64,000 bases of DNA. It comes from an uncultured Clostridia bacterium. Lineage in GTDB: Bacteria; Bacillota; Clostridia; Christensenellales; Borkfalkiaceae. Of the stretch, positions 25,706 to 35,563 are shown piece after piece. Location: the NCBI GenBank assembly GCA_947627575.1, contig CANQWN010000003.1, forward strand, positions 45,959 to 109,958. Direction: 5' to 3'. The first letter of the stretch is position 1; each line of letters starts with the position of its first letter. The position numbers and the translations under genes are program-made. The notes under the pieces were generated by a model that was not told the origin of the DNA, did no database searches, and saw only the letters and a list, made by a program, of their open reading frames with translations.

Positions 25706-26367
25706 TGGACTACGCCCATTTCGATACGTCCGCAGGCGAAAGAAAATCCCCCGCGGCGCAATTCAACGTCCCCGCCCTTTCGCCCGCGCTTGCCGCACTG
25801 CGCAAAAGCGCGTTTTCCCGCCTGATTCCCACCGCCGACGACGAAACGCTGTGCTTTCTTCTCGCGCAGGTTTCCGCCCTTCGCCCTTCGTCCATTCTCG
25901 AATTGGGCACGGCTACGGGCATATCGGGCATAGCTATGTTGCAAGCGGCGCCTTCCGCCGTTCTGGACACGGTGGAAAGGGACGAAAGATTTTATGCGGA
26001 AGCGGTATCCAACTTCGGCGCGGCGGGGCTGTCGCACCGCGTAAACGCGCATCTCGGCGACGCGGCAGAATTCATTGCGGAAAACCGCGCCGCATACGAC
26101 CTGATATTTATGGACTGCGCCAAAGTGCAGTACGTAAAGTATCTGCCGCGGCTTGTGGAACTTCTCAACGTCGGCGGGGTGTTGATTGCCGACGACGTGT
26201 TGCTTTTCGGCTATGTCTCGGGCGAAACCCCCGTCCCCCCCAAACGCGCCGCCCTCGTAAGGCACATGCGCGAATTTCTGGACGCTTTGCGCGCCGACGG
26301 CAGGCTTGTTACGTCGGTATTGAACATAGGCGACGGAGTTTCTTTTTCCGTCAAAAAAAACAATTGA
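25705..26367 (+). CDS. trmR: class I SAM-dependent O-methyltransferase, YrrM/TrmR-like
   Basis: 220 aa. Carries ILELGTATGISGIAM (motif I) and DLIFMDCAKVQY. It lies directly upstream of a U32 peptidase-family gene, as in the B. subtilis yrrM-yrrN-yrrO locus. Confidence 0.7.
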   Translation: MDYAHFDTSAGERKSPAAQFNVPALSPALAALRKSAFSRLIPTADDETLCFLLAQVSALRPSSILELGTATGISGIAMLQAAPSAVLDTVERDERFYAEAVSNFGAAGLSHRVNAHLGDAAEFIAENRAAYDLIFMDCAKVQYVKYLPRLVELLNVGGVLIADDVLLFGYVSGETPVPPKRAALVRHMREFLDALRADGRLVTSVLNIGDGVSFSVKKNN

Positions 26368-26378
26368 AAAGGTGAATT

Positions 26379-27569
26379 ATGCCCGAACTTCTTGCCCCCG
26401 CCGGCAATTTCGCAAAACTTAAAACGGCGTTTTATTTCGGCGCGGACGCGGCTTATGTAGGCGGAAAAAATTTTTCCCTGCGTTCTTTTGCGGATAATTT
26501 CAGCTACGACGGGCTTAAAACCGCCGCGGAATACGCCCATTCTTTGGGCAAAAAAATTTACGTAACCGTAAATATCTACGCCCGCAATTCCGACGAAGCC
26601 GAACTTTGCGAATGTTTCGCCCGCCTGCGTGAAGCGGGCGCGGACGCGGCTATAGTTTCCGATTGCGGCGTGTTTTCCATAGCAAAAAAAGTTGCGCCTG
26701 AACTTGCGCTGCATATTTCCACGCAAGCCAACGTAACAAACGCTTCGGCTGTCAGATTCTGGCGGGATTTGGGCGCTTCGCGCATAATTCTCGCCCGCGA
26801 ACTTTCCCTTGAGGAAATATCCGAAATACACGCCCGCGTGCCCGATATACAGCTTGAAGCCTTCGTCCACGGCGCGATGTGCATATCCTATTCGGGCAGG
26901 TGTCTGCTGTCCGATTATCTCGCCGGCAGACCTTCCAACAGGGGCGAATGCGTGCAGGCTTGCCGCTGGAAGTATTCCGTGCGCAAGGCGGACGAAAAGT
27001 CCGATAGCGGCTGGATGGACGTGGAAGAGGACGGCAGGGGTTCCTACATATTCAATTCCAAAGACCTGAACATGAGCGAACACCTCGGCGAAATGGAAAA
27101 GGCGGGGATATGTTCGTTTAAAATAGAGGGGAGAATGAAAAGCGAGTATTATCTCGCCACCGTCATAAACGCCTACCGCAGGATAATGGACGGCGGATTT
27201 ACCCCCGTTTTGGGCAGGGAACTTGCCACCGCCGCCCACCGCGACTACACCACGGCGTACGCCTTCGGCGCAAACGCAAATACGGTGAATTACACCGACA
27301 GCCAGACGAAGGGAGATTGCGATTACATTGCCAACGTAGTGGAAGGCGGAGAGGGGTTTGTAAAGGCGGAAATGCGCGGCAGGTTTTGCGTGGGCGACGT
27401 GCTTGAAGCGCTTTCGCCGACGGATAATTTTTTAAAGAGCTTTGAAGTGAAAAGCGCGGTTGATTCCCGCGGGGAAAGCGTGCGCGATTGCAAGTTGGTG
27501 CAGGAAATTTACACGTTAAACTGTCCGTTCCGTCTCCGTGCGGGGGATATTTTGAGAAGAAGAAAATGA
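26379..27569 (+). CDS. peptidase U32 family protein (tRNA 5-hydroxyuridine synthesis TrhP-like)
   Basis: 396 aa. Starts MPELLAPAGNFAKLKTAFYFGADAAYVGG and carries FVHGAMCISYSGRCLLS, the U32 signature. Confidence 0.8.
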   Translation: MPELLAPAGNFAKLKTAFYFGADAAYVGGKNFSLRSFADNFSYDGLKTAAEYAHSLGKKIYVTVNIYARNSDEAELCECFARLREAGADAAIVSDCGVFSIAKKVAPELALHISTQANVTNASAVRFWRDLGASRIILARELSLEEISEIHARVPDIQLEAFVHGAMCISYSGRCLLSDYLAGRPSNRGECVQACRWKYSVRKADEKSDSGWMDVEEDGRGSYIFNSKDLNMSEHLGEMEKAGICSFKIEGRMKSEYYLATVINAYRRIMDGGFTPVLGRELATAAHRDYTTAYAFGANANTVNYTDSQTKGDCDYIANVVEGGEGFVKAEMRGRFCVGDVLEALSPTDNFLKSFEVKSAVDSRGESVRDCKLVQEIYTLNCPFRLRAGDILRRRK

Positions 27570-28774
27570 TATACGAAGTACCATATATATACGGAAAAAA
27601 GGGCGGGGTTACCGTTTCGGTTCCCGGTTCAAAAAGCATAACCAACCGCGCGTTGCTTCTGGCGGCGCTTTCGCGCGGGGTAAGCGTCATTCACGGCGCG
27701 GGTTTTTCCGACGATAGCAAAGTTTTTCTTTCCTGCCTAAAAAATTTGGGCATAGAATGTGAAGTTTGCGGCGCGGACGTAAAGATAAACGGTTGCGGCG
27801 GCGTGTTGCCCGTAAAAAAAGCCGATATAAACGTCGGCTCGGCGGGCACGGCGGCGCGCTTTTTCACCGCTTTGGCGGCTTTTTGCGACTGCGAAATTAA
27901 TATAGATTGTTCCGAACAGATGAGGCGCCGCCCCATATCCCCGCTTATTTCCGCCCTTAAAGGCGCGGGCGCGCAGATACAAAGCAGTAACGGCGGCTTT
28001 CCGCTTACGGTGCGCGGCAACCCCCGCCCTTTGGGCAGGATTACCGTGGACGTGGGGCAAAGCAGTCAATTTCTGTCCGCGCTTCTCATCTCGTCCGTGT
28101 GCGCGCAAACGCCCGTAGAGATAGAGGCGGCGGGCAAACACGGAATGGACTACGTAAATATGACGGTAGATATGATGTGGTCTTTCGGCGCGGACGTGCA
28201 GGTGAAGGACGGCGCATATGCGGCGCGGGGCACTTATTCCGCCCGTATATACGACGTAGAGCCCGATATGTCCGCGGCGGCATATTTTTACGCCGCAAAC
28301 AGGATACTCGGCACAGATATAAAAGTAAAGGGTATGATGCCCGCAAGTATGCAGGGTGACCTCGCGTTTATCAAACTTATAGGCGATTTCGACGGCGGAA
28401 CGCTGGATATGGGCAAGTTTTCCGACCAGGTTCTTACGCTTGCCGCCATAGCCCCGTATTTTTCCAAACCCACGCGCATATGCGGCGCGGCGCACATCAG
28501 GGGACAGGAATGTGACAGAATTTCCGCCGCGGTAAACAATTTGCGCGCGTTGGGCGTAAAGTGCGAGGAATATCCCGACGGGCTTGAAATTTACCCCTCG
28601 CAGCCCAAAGGCTGTCTGTTGCCGTCCTACGGCGACCACCGCGTGGCTATGGCTTTCACGCTTACGGGGTTGCGCGCAAAGGGCGTAAAGATAGCCGACG
28701 CGGAAGTGTGTTCCAAAACTTTCGGCGATTATTTTTCCGTTTGGGACGCCGTCTGTGAAAAATTATCCCGGTAG
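27566..28774 (+). CDS. aroA: 3-phosphoshikimate 1-carboxyvinyltransferase (EPSP synthase)
   Basis: Starts at MIYEV, with ATGA overlapping the U32 stop. Carries VSVPGSKSITNRALLLAAL, NVGSAGTAARF, and DHRVAMAF near the C-terminus. Confidence 0.92.
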   Translation: MIYEVPYIYGKKGGVTVSVPGSKSITNRALLLAALSRGVSVIHGAGFSDDSKVFLSCLKNLGIECEVCGADVKINGCGGVLPVKKADINVGSAGTAARFFTALAAFCDCEINIDCSEQMRRRPISPLISALKGAGAQIQSSNGGFPLTVRGNPRPLGRITVDVGQSSQFLSALLISSVCAQTPVEIEAAGKHGMDYVNMTVDMMWSFGADVQVKDGAYAARGTYSARIYDVEPDMSAAAYFYAANRILGTDIKVKGMMPASMQGDLAFIKLIGDFDGGTLDMGKFSDQVLTLAAIAPYFSKPTRICGAAHIRGQECDRISAAVNNLRALGVKCEEYPDGLEIYPSQPKGCLLPSYGDHRVAMAFTLTGLRAKGVKIADAEVCSKTFGDYFSVWDAVCEKLSR

Positions 28775-28858
28775 CCCGTAAAAATCACTTTACATTTATT
28801 AAAACCTATGGCATAATACTGTCATAGTTTTTTATTACAAAGGGTTGGAGGTACCGCA

Positions 28859-29893
28859 ATGGAACTCGTCAGGGTGTTGACGGGTAAATCCCTGTTCTAC
28901 TACGTCTATCTGCTTGCCTGCTTCGGTCTGTTTTTCGGGCTGTATTTCGGTTTAAGGCATAAAAGCAAAAAGGCGCAAAAAACCGCGCTTTTGATATTTC
29001 TTTGGCTTAATTTCGCGTTGCACTTCATAAAACTTTCGTTTTCGCTTTACGACGTACAGCACGACGTTACCATAATAAGAAAGGCTACGTTTGAAAATAT
29101 ATGCGCCGTTTCCACGCTTATTTTCCCTTTCCTCTTTATGGGCAAAAACAAAGTAGGCAAGGACTATATGTTCTACCTCGGCTCTATCTCGGGTTTTGCG
29201 GGTTGCGTATACCCCGCGCCCGTAGATACGTGGATGTGGAACGGAGCAAAAGGGCTTCCTTTTTACCACCTCGAAACAATCCGCTACTATATCTGTCACG
29301 CGGGGATATGGATTGTGCCCGTTCTGATGGTGCTTTTCGGCTTACATAGGCTCGATTACCGCAGAATATGGAAAGCTATCCTGTTCTATTTCGGCGTTCT
29401 CGGGCTTATAATCGTAAACGAGATTATACTTGTACGTATAGGTTGGGTAAAGGACCCCGGCAGCTTGAAGGATTTCCTCGACAACGTAGGCGGGCGCGAC
29501 CTCGGCTATGCGTTCGGTCCCAACGAAATGCTTGAAAAGCCTTTGAAGTTCGTGTTGTGGCTTACGCCGAAGGCGTGGAAAGATCCGTACGTCCCGATAT
29601 TGTGGGAATTTTTCCCCGTCGTCATTCTCGGCGGCGCGGCGTGCTTCGCGGTATCGATGATATGGGATCACGAACATTTCAAAAACGACTGCATAGCGTT
29701 GAAAAATTTTGTTAAGGCAAAGGCGGAAAAATTCAAACTTTGGCTTGCCGCGCGCAAAAAGGATAAAGCCGCGGAGGGCGAGGTTCCCCAAACGGCGGAA
29801 GAGGGCGAGGTTACCCAAACGGCGGAAGAGGAAGCAAAGCCCGACGGCGCGGAAAGCGCGGAGGACGTAACCCCCGGCGGGGACGGCAAATAA
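28859..29893 (+). CDS. polytopic membrane protein of unknown function with an acidic C-terminal tail
   Basis: 344 aa with roughly seven hydrophobic segments. The tail reads EGEVPQTAEEGEVTQTAEEE. Confidence 0.6.
   Translation: MELVRVLTGKSLFYYVYLLACFGLFFGLYFGLRHKSKKAQKTALLIFLWLNFALHFIKLSFSLYDVQHDVTIIRKATFENICAVSTLIFPFLFMGKNKVGKDYMFYLGSISGFAGCVYPAPVDTWMWNGAKGLPFYHLETIRYYICHAGIWIVPVLMVLFGLHRLDYRRIWKAILFYFGVLGLIIVNEIILVRIGWVKDPGSLKDFLDNVGGRDLGYAFGPNEMLEKPLKFVLWLTPKAWKDPYVPILWEFFPVVILGGAACFAVSMIWDHEHFKNDCIALKNFVKAKAEKFKLWLAARKKDKAAEGEVPQTAEEGEVTQTAEEEAKPDGAESAEDVTPGGDGK
29774..29827 (+). repeat. 27-bp tandem duplication (2 units, 1 mismatch) inside the membrane-protein tail
   Basis: GAGGGCGAGGTT(C/A)CCCAAACGGCGGAA repeated twice, in frame (EGEV(P/T)QTAE). 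Confidence 0.8.
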
Positions 29894-29897
29894 GATT

Positions 29898-29926
29898 AAA
29901 AAGGCAAACGTAAGTTTGCCTTTTTT
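29898..29926 (+). terminator. rho-independent terminator
   Basis: AAAAAGGCAAAC-GTAA-GTTTGCCTTTTTT. Confidence 0.65.
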
Positions 29927-29983
29927 GTTGTATGCGGCGGCTGAAATATGCTATAATATGCGCATACTTATAGCGGTGCGGTT

Positions 29984-31288
29984 ATGGAAAAGATAATAAT
30001 TCATTCCGATCTGAATAATTTTTACGCCTCCGTGGAACGCGCGCAAAACCCCTCGCTGGAAGGCAAACCCATCGCCGTCTGCGGCGACGAGGCGGCGCGC
30101 CACGGCATAGTGCTTGCAAAAAGCGAGCAAGCTAAAAAATTCGGCGTAGCCACGGGCGACGCTATCTGGCAGGCGAAGCGCAAATGCCCGGACATAGTGA
30201 TAGTTCCGCCCCATTTCGACTTATATATAAAATATTCCCGCAGGGTGCGCGATATCTACGCGCAATATACCGACCTGATTGAAAATTACGGCATAGACGA
30301 ATGTTGGCTGGATCTGTCGTCCAGCGGCAAGCTGTTTCCGCCGTTCGGCGGCAGTATAAAGACGGCGGACGGAGAACACTATTCCGAAGAATATCTCCGC
30401 TTTTTGGGCGACTGCATCCGCAACGAAGTAAAAAGTAAAACGGCGCTTACCGTAAGTTGCGGCGTATCCTTCAACAAGGTGTTTGCAAAACTCGGCTCCG
30501 ACCTGAAAAAGCCCGACGGCACAACCGTAATATCCGCGCCCAACTTCAAAAACGTGGTAAACGGATTGCCCGTGGAAGATTTGCTGTACGTGGGCGAAGC
30601 TACGCGCGCAAAACTTGCGGCTATGGGCATAACCACGATAGGCAAGCTCGCCGCCGCCGACGACGATAAAATTTATTCCGCTTTCGGCAAAACGGGCGCA
30701 ACTTTGTTAAAATACGCCCGCGGGCAGGACGATTCCCCCGTGCGCCGCGCCGACGAAACGCGCGCCCCCAAATCAATAGGCAATTCCAGCACCTATCCCG
30801 AGGATATAACTTCCCTCAAAAAGGCGGAAAGATACATCTATGTGTTATCCGAAAGCGTGGCGGCGCGCCTGCGCGAATCGGGTATGGGGCTTGCCGATAC
30901 CGTACACCTTTGGGTGCGCGGCGCGGATATGAAGGATTATCAGTTTCAGGTTAAAGTTCGCCATACCGCCCTCTGCGGCGAAATAGCCGCGCACGCCTAT
31001 GCGCTGTTCGCAAAAAATTTTCAACCGCCGTTCGCCGTCCGCTCGTTGGGCGTAACCGTTTCGGGCTTCGACGGCGGCAGCTCGCAGGTCACTTTCGACG
31101 AGGCTTGCGGTAACTACAACAAGCGCGAAGCCGCCGAACGCTGCGTGGATAAATTGCGCAAAAAATACGGATATTCCAAAATACAGCGCGGCATAGTGGC
31201 GGAGGAGCCTTCGCAGATGAAAAACGACGTAAAAAGCACGCACCTTATCAAACCCGCCAAAATAGATTATCCCGACGACGGGGAATAG
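29984..31288 (+). CDS. dinB: Y-family DNA polymerase (Pol IV-like)
   Basis: 434 aa. Carries MEKIIIHSDLNNFYASVE and DECWLDLS, the Y-family palm motifs. Confidence 0.85.
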   Translation: MEKIIIHSDLNNFYASVERAQNPSLEGKPIAVCGDEAARHGIVLAKSEQAKKFGVATGDAIWQAKRKCPDIVIVPPHFDLYIKYSRRVRDIYAQYTDLIENYGIDECWLDLSSSGKLFPPFGGSIKTADGEHYSEEYLRFLGDCIRNEVKSKTALTVSCGVSFNKVFAKLGSDLKKPDGTTVISAPNFKNVVNGLPVEDLLYVGEATRAKLAAMGITTIGKLAAADDDKIYSAFGKTGATLLKYARGQDDSPVRRADETRAPKSIGNSSTYPEDITSLKKAERYIYVLSESVAARLRESGMGLADTVHLWVRGADMKDYQFQVKVRHTALCGEIAAHAYALFAKNFQPPFAVRSLGVTVSGFDGGSSQVTFDEACGNYNKREAAERCVDKLRKKYGYSKIQRGIVAEEPSQMKNDVKSTHLIKPAKIDYPDDGE

Positions 31289-31372
31289 CGGCGCAACCGT
31301 ACAAAAAATAATATATAAGCACAGCTTATATCAATCATTAAAAGTTGAAAAGCCGCAAAGCCCCAAATAAGT

Positions 31373-31401
31373 TTGACAACCGCGTTTCATTTTCATATAA
31401 T
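31373..31401 (+). promoter_or_regulatory. consensus sigma-A promoter upstream of the glutamine synthetase gene
   Basis: TTGACA, a 17-nt spacer, then TATAAT (31396-31401). Confidence 0.55.
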
Positions 31402-31435
31402 TTTCAATGTAATACTTTTTTAAGAGGATTTTTCG

Positions 31436-33517
31436 ATGAACCTTCCCGAAATTTTTGGCAAGAACGTATTCAACGATTCAGTTCAGAAAGAGATGTTGCC
31501 CAAAGAGGTTTACAAGGCGTTGCGCGCCACGATAGAGGCAGGCAAACAGCTTGACGTATCCATAGCGGGCGCCGTAGCCGCGGCAATGAAGGACTGGGCG
31601 GTGTCCAAGGGCGCCACTCATTATACGCACTGGTTCCAACCCCTTACGGGCTTGACGGCGGAAAAGCACGACAGCTTTATCGAACCCGACGGCGACAAGG
31701 TTATAATGAGCCTTACGGGCAAAAGCCTGATAGTGGGCGAACCCGACGCTTCAAGTTTTCCTTCGGGCGGCTCGCGTGCGACTTATATGGCGCGCGGCTA
31801 TACGGCGTGGGATCCCACGTCGCCCGCTTTCGTAAAGGAAGGCACGCTTTACATACCCACCATTTTCGTATCGTACACGGGCGAAACGCTGGATAAAAAG
31901 GCGCCTTTGCTCCGTTCTATGAACGCGATAGACAAACAGGCGAAACGCGTTTTAAAGCTGTTCGGCATAGAGTGCAAAAAGGTTGCCACAACCGTGGGTC
32001 CCGAACAGGAATACTTCCTTGTAGACGCGGAAGAATATTACAAGCGCAAGGATTTACAGCTTACGGGCAGAACGCTTTTCGGCGCGCCCGTATCCCGCGG
32101 GCAGGAACTTGAAGATCACTACTTCGGCGTAATAAAACCCCGCGTGGGCGAGTTTATGCGCGATTTGGATAACGAGCTGTGGTCTTACGGCATACTTTCC
32201 AAAACAAAGCACAATGAAGTGGCTCCCGCACAGCACGAAATGGCGCCCGTATACAGCACCACCAACGTAGCGGTGGACACTAATATGCTTACCATGGAAA
32301 TAATGAAGAGGGTTGCCAAAAAGCACGGGCTTATCTGCCTTTTGCACGAAAAGCCTTTCCGCGGTATAAACGGCAGCGGCAAGCATAACAACTGGTCTAT
32401 GTCCACGGACGCGGGGCTTAACCTCCTCGATCCCGGTCCCTCGCCGGAAAGCAACACGCTTTTCGAACTTGTGCTTGCGGCGGTGGTAAAGGCTGTGGAC
32501 GATTATCAGGGCATACTTCGCGCTTCCGTCGCTTCCGCCGGCAACGATCACCGTCTGGGTGCGGACGAAGCGCCCCCCGCAATAATTTCGGTATATCTCG
32601 GCGATCAGTTGGGCGCGCTTGTAGACAGCATAGTAAAGGGTGAAAACTACAAGGCGGCAAAAACGCCGAAGGGTTCGATAGGCGTGCCCGAATCCCCCAT
32701 ATTCCCCAAAGACGCCACGGACAGAAACCGTACTTCTCCGTTTGCGTTCACGGGCAACAAGTTTGAATTCAGGATGCTCGGCTCGCAGGCTAACGTCGCG
32801 GACGCAAACATATGCCTCAACACCATTGTTGCAGACGCGTTTTCGTCTTTCGCGGACGAGCTTGAGGGCAAGCCCGATCTTGAAAGCGCGGTGGAAGCGC
32901 TTGTAAAGAGAGAGCTTAAGGCGCACTACCGCATAATATTCAATCACGACGGTTACGGTCCCGAATGGGAGCCGGAAGCCGCAAAGCGCGGGCTTTTAAA
33001 TAACAAGAACACCGCGGACGCGGTGCCCGTATTCTATGAAGAAAAGAATATAGACGTATTTGTAAAACAGGGCGTGTTCACCCGCGAAGAGGCTGTGGCG
33101 CGCGCCGACATAAGGCTTGAAAATTACACGAAGATAATAAATATCGAGGCGCTTACTATGCTTGAAATGGCAAAGCAGGACATTTTGCCCGCCGTTTCGG
33201 ACTTCATTGCCGAACTTTGCCAAAACGTTGTTTCCAAACAGTCGGTAAACGAAAAACTGCCCTGCAATGCGGAAAAGACGGTAATAGGCAAACTTTCCGA
33301 ATTGAACGATTGCGCCTTTGCGGCGGTGGAAAAGCTGGAAAGCGATTTGGGCAAAGTTGATAAGGGCGACTTTAAATCCGCTTCGCAGGCTATGGCGCAC
33401 GTCATTATCCCCGATATGGAAGTTTTGCGCGGCTACGTGGACGCAATGGAAAAACTTACTTCTTCCGATTATTGGCCTTATCCCACGTACTTCGACCTGC
33501 TTTATTCCGTAAAGTAA
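31436..33517 (+). CDS. glnA: glutamine synthetase, type III
   Basis: 693 aa, the GSIII size class. The N-terminal GSIII domain has ATHYTHWFQPLTG. The catalytic region has NEVAPAQHEMAP and HEKPFRGINGSGKHNNWS. Confidence 0.9.
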   Translation: MNLPEIFGKNVFNDSVQKEMLPKEVYKALRATIEAGKQLDVSIAGAVAAAMKDWAVSKGATHYTHWFQPLTGLTAEKHDSFIEPDGDKVIMSLTGKSLIVGEPDASSFPSGGSRATYMARGYTAWDPTSPAFVKEGTLYIPTIFVSYTGETLDKKAPLLRSMNAIDKQAKRVLKLFGIECKKVATTVGPEQEYFLVDAEEYYKRKDLQLTGRTLFGAPVSRGQELEDHYFGVIKPRVGEFMRDLDNELWSYGILSKTKHNEVAPAQHEMAPVYSTTNVAVDTNMLTMEIMKRVAKKHGLICLLHEKPFRGINGSGKHNNWSMSTDAGLNLLDPGPSPESNTLFELVLAAVVKAVDDYQGILRASVASAGNDHRLGADEAPPAIISVYLGDQLGALVDSIVKGENYKAAKTPKGSIGVPESPIFPKDATDRNRTSPFAFTGNKFEFRMLGSQANVADANICLNTIVADAFSSFADELEGKPDLESAVEALVKRELKAHYRIIFNHDGYGPEWEPEAAKRGLLNNKNTADAVPVFYEEKNIDVFVKQGVFTREEAVARADIRLENYTKIINIEALTMLEMAKQDILPAVSDFIAELCQNVVSKQSVNEKLPCNAEKTVIGKLSELNDCAFAAVEKLESDLGKVDKGDFKSASQAMAHVIIPDMEVLRGYVDAMEKLTSSDYWPYPTYFDLLYSVK

Positions 33518-33532
33518 ATAAAAAACGCATTA

Positions 33533-33567
33533 AAAGCGGTTCGGCGTCAAGCCGGACCGCTTTAATT
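33533..33567 (+). terminator. terminator-like hairpin after glnA (weak T-tract)
   Basis: 13-bp stem AAAGCGGTTCGGC / GCCGGACCGCTTT with one mismatch. Confidence 0.45.
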
Positions 33568-33707
33568 ATGCAAAAAAACCGCGCGGCGGACGGGTATATT
33601 ATGCGGCGGATTAAAAAATTTTGCGCGGGTATGCGGTTAAAAATTTATCCAAAACGCCCCAAACGGAATTTACTTAATTTCAAACGGGTGGTATAATATA
33701 ACGGCGT

Positions 33708-35333
33708 ATGAAAAAACTTAAAAACAAATATCTTAAAAGTTTTCTCGATAACGGGCTTAACCTCGTGCTGTTAAGCGTGCTTACGGGGCTTTTTGCCGGA
33801 GTTGTGGTAACTTTCTACAATATGCTTGCGCATTGGGGCGAGGAAGGTTCGCGCAATCTCTATTCGCTGGTGTTTGAGCATCCCGCGTATATACCCCTGC
33901 TGTTTTTGGGGCTTGCGGCGGGCGCCTTTGTGATAGGCACGCTGGTAAAAGCCGTGCCCATGATACGCGGCAGCGGTATTCCGCAGATAGAGGGGGCGGC
34001 GCGCGGCGTAATACGCTTCAAGTGGTACGTAACTATGTGTTCTATGTTCGCGGCTTCCCTCGCGTGCATATGCCTCGGGCTTTCCGCCGGCGCGGAAGGA
34101 CCTTCCTTACAGTTGGGCGGATGTGCGGGCGACGCCACAAGCGCGATACTTCGCCGCGGCAGAATGGTTCGCAGGTTGCAGATAGCGGGCGGCGCAAGCG
34201 CGGGGCTTGCCGTCGCGTTCAACGCGCCCATAACGGGTATGGTTTTCGCGCTGGAGGAGGCGTTCCGTTCCTTTTCCCCGCAGGTTTTTATCTGTTCGGC
34301 TATAAGCGTGGTAACCGCGCTGTTCACGCGCAACGCCATACGCCCCGCCTTCGGCGAGGACGTAACATACGCGTTCACGGGCTTCCGCTTCAACGAATTC
34401 GGGCTTGCAAGTTGCGGTTGGGCGGCGCTTGCCGCCGTAGTGGCGGCAATGGTGGGCGTTGCGTTTTACTTCGCCGTGTTCGCCGTAAAAAAACTTTTCA
34501 AGCGCATACGCTTCTTCGGGGGCACGGGCAAATATCTGATTCCCTTCCTCGCGGCGGGCGCGTTCGGGCTTATAACCCCGTTTGCAATGGGCGGCGGCGG
34601 ACAGTTCATAAACAAAATGGGCACGGGCGGCACGGGAATTATCGGCGGGATAAGCGTGCTGGGCGCGGGTCTGCTGATAAGCCTTGCGATAATCCTCGCA
34701 ATCAAATTTGTCGCGTCCGTTCTGGCTATGGGTTGCGGCGTGCCGTGCGGCGTGTTCATACCTATGTTGGCTATAGGCGCGGGCGTGGGCGGCGTACTGT
34801 CCGTACTGTTCCAAAAGGCGGGTATGCCCGCGCAGTACGGCGATTATCTTGTAATCATCTGTATGGCGGCGTTCTTCACTTCGGTGGTAAAAGCCCCCAT
34901 TACGGGCGTTGTGATGGTATTTGAACTTACGGGGCAGTTCACCAATTTCCTCCCCGCGCTGTTGGGGATAGCGATAGGCTATCTGGCGGGGATAGTTTTC
35001 CGCACGGAACCCATATACGAAAAGTGTTTGGATATGTATATAGCCGAAGAGGGCTTGTACGAGGGCGTGAACAAGGAACGCGTAACCGTAGTTGTGCAAA
35101 AGGACAGCTTTGCCGACGGCAAGACCATAAGAAGCATAATCTGGCCCTCGGACGGGTTGGTTGTGGAAAAAATTTCGGATGACGGTACGCACACCGTGCC
35201 CGACGGGCTTACAATGCTCCGCCGCGGAGACACAATAGTTTTCGAAGGGGAGACCCGCTCGCGCGAGGCGCTGATAAAGTACCTCTACGACATAGTGGGA
35301 AAACCCGCGGAAGAGGGGGAAGCGCCCCTTTGA
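33708..35333 (+). CDS. ClC-family chloride channel / Cl-/H+ antiporter with a C-terminal TrkA-C-like domain
   Basis: 541 aa. ClC selectivity motifs are present: RGSGIPQ, GAEGPSLQ and GVFIPML. The cytoplasmic C-terminus reads VVVQKDSFADGKTIRSI...GDTIVFEG. Confidence 0.88.
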   Translation: MKKLKNKYLKSFLDNGLNLVLLSVLTGLFAGVVVTFYNMLAHWGEEGSRNLYSLVFEHPAYIPLLFLGLAAGAFVIGTLVKAVPMIRGSGIPQIEGAARGVIRFKWYVTMCSMFAASLACICLGLSAGAEGPSLQLGGCAGDATSAILRRGRMVRRLQIAGGASAGLAVAFNAPITGMVFALEEAFRSFSPQVFICSAISVVTALFTRNAIRPAFGEDVTYAFTGFRFNEFGLASCGWAALAAVVAAMVGVAFYFAVFAVKKLFKRIRFFGGTGKYLIPFLAAGAFGLITPFAMGGGGQFINKMGTGGTGIIGGISVLGAGLLISLAIILAIKFVASVLAMGCGVPCGVFIPMLAIGAGVGGVLSVLFQKAGMPAQYGDYLVIICMAAFFTSVVKAPITGVVMVFELTGQFTNFLPALLGIAIGYLAGIVFRTEPIYEKCLDMYIAEEGLYEGVNKERVTVVVQKDSFADGKTIRSIIWPSDGLVVEKISDDGTHTVPDGLTMLRRGDTIVFEGETRSREALIKYLYDIVGKPAEEGEAPL

Positions 35334-35364
35334 TTTCCGCATAATTATGCAAACGCCTGTCTGC

Positions 35365-35398
35365 CGCGCGCGGGTTTTATGCCCGCGCGCGTATTTTT
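35365..35398 (+). terminator. rho-independent terminator
   Basis: CGCGCGCGGG-loop-CCCGCGCGCG followed by TATTTTT. Confidence 0.6.
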
Positions 35399-35563
35399 AT
35401 TCCATAAACGCCGCTTATATGCGTTATTACAAAAAATATGCGCTAAATGCCCCGCCGCCATATTTATGACGGAAATTTAACTTGACTTGAAAGAGGATAT
35501 AATTTATAATGTTATAGTGAAATTCCGCGGGCGTTGCGGCTTGCGGAAAGGTTGATTAATCAG

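Noticed and set aside
29927-29983. LexA (Cheo) box upstream of dinB
   Set aside because: There is no GAAC-N4-GTTC element in the 57-bp upstream region.
31300-31435. TnrA/GlnR site or glutamine riboswitch upstream of the GS III gene
   Set aside because: I found no TGTNAN7TNACA match. The 8-9-bp palindrome ATATAAGC-ACA-GCTTATAT at about 31310-31331 lies upstream of the -35 and is too short to interpret.
33565-33707. Fluoride (crcB-type) riboswitch upstream of the ClC gene
   Set aside because: I could not recognise any conserved crcB-motif core. The protein carries the GSGIPQ/GAEGP motifs of ClC-type Cl-/H+ exchangers and a TrkA-C-like tail, not the ClC-F features.
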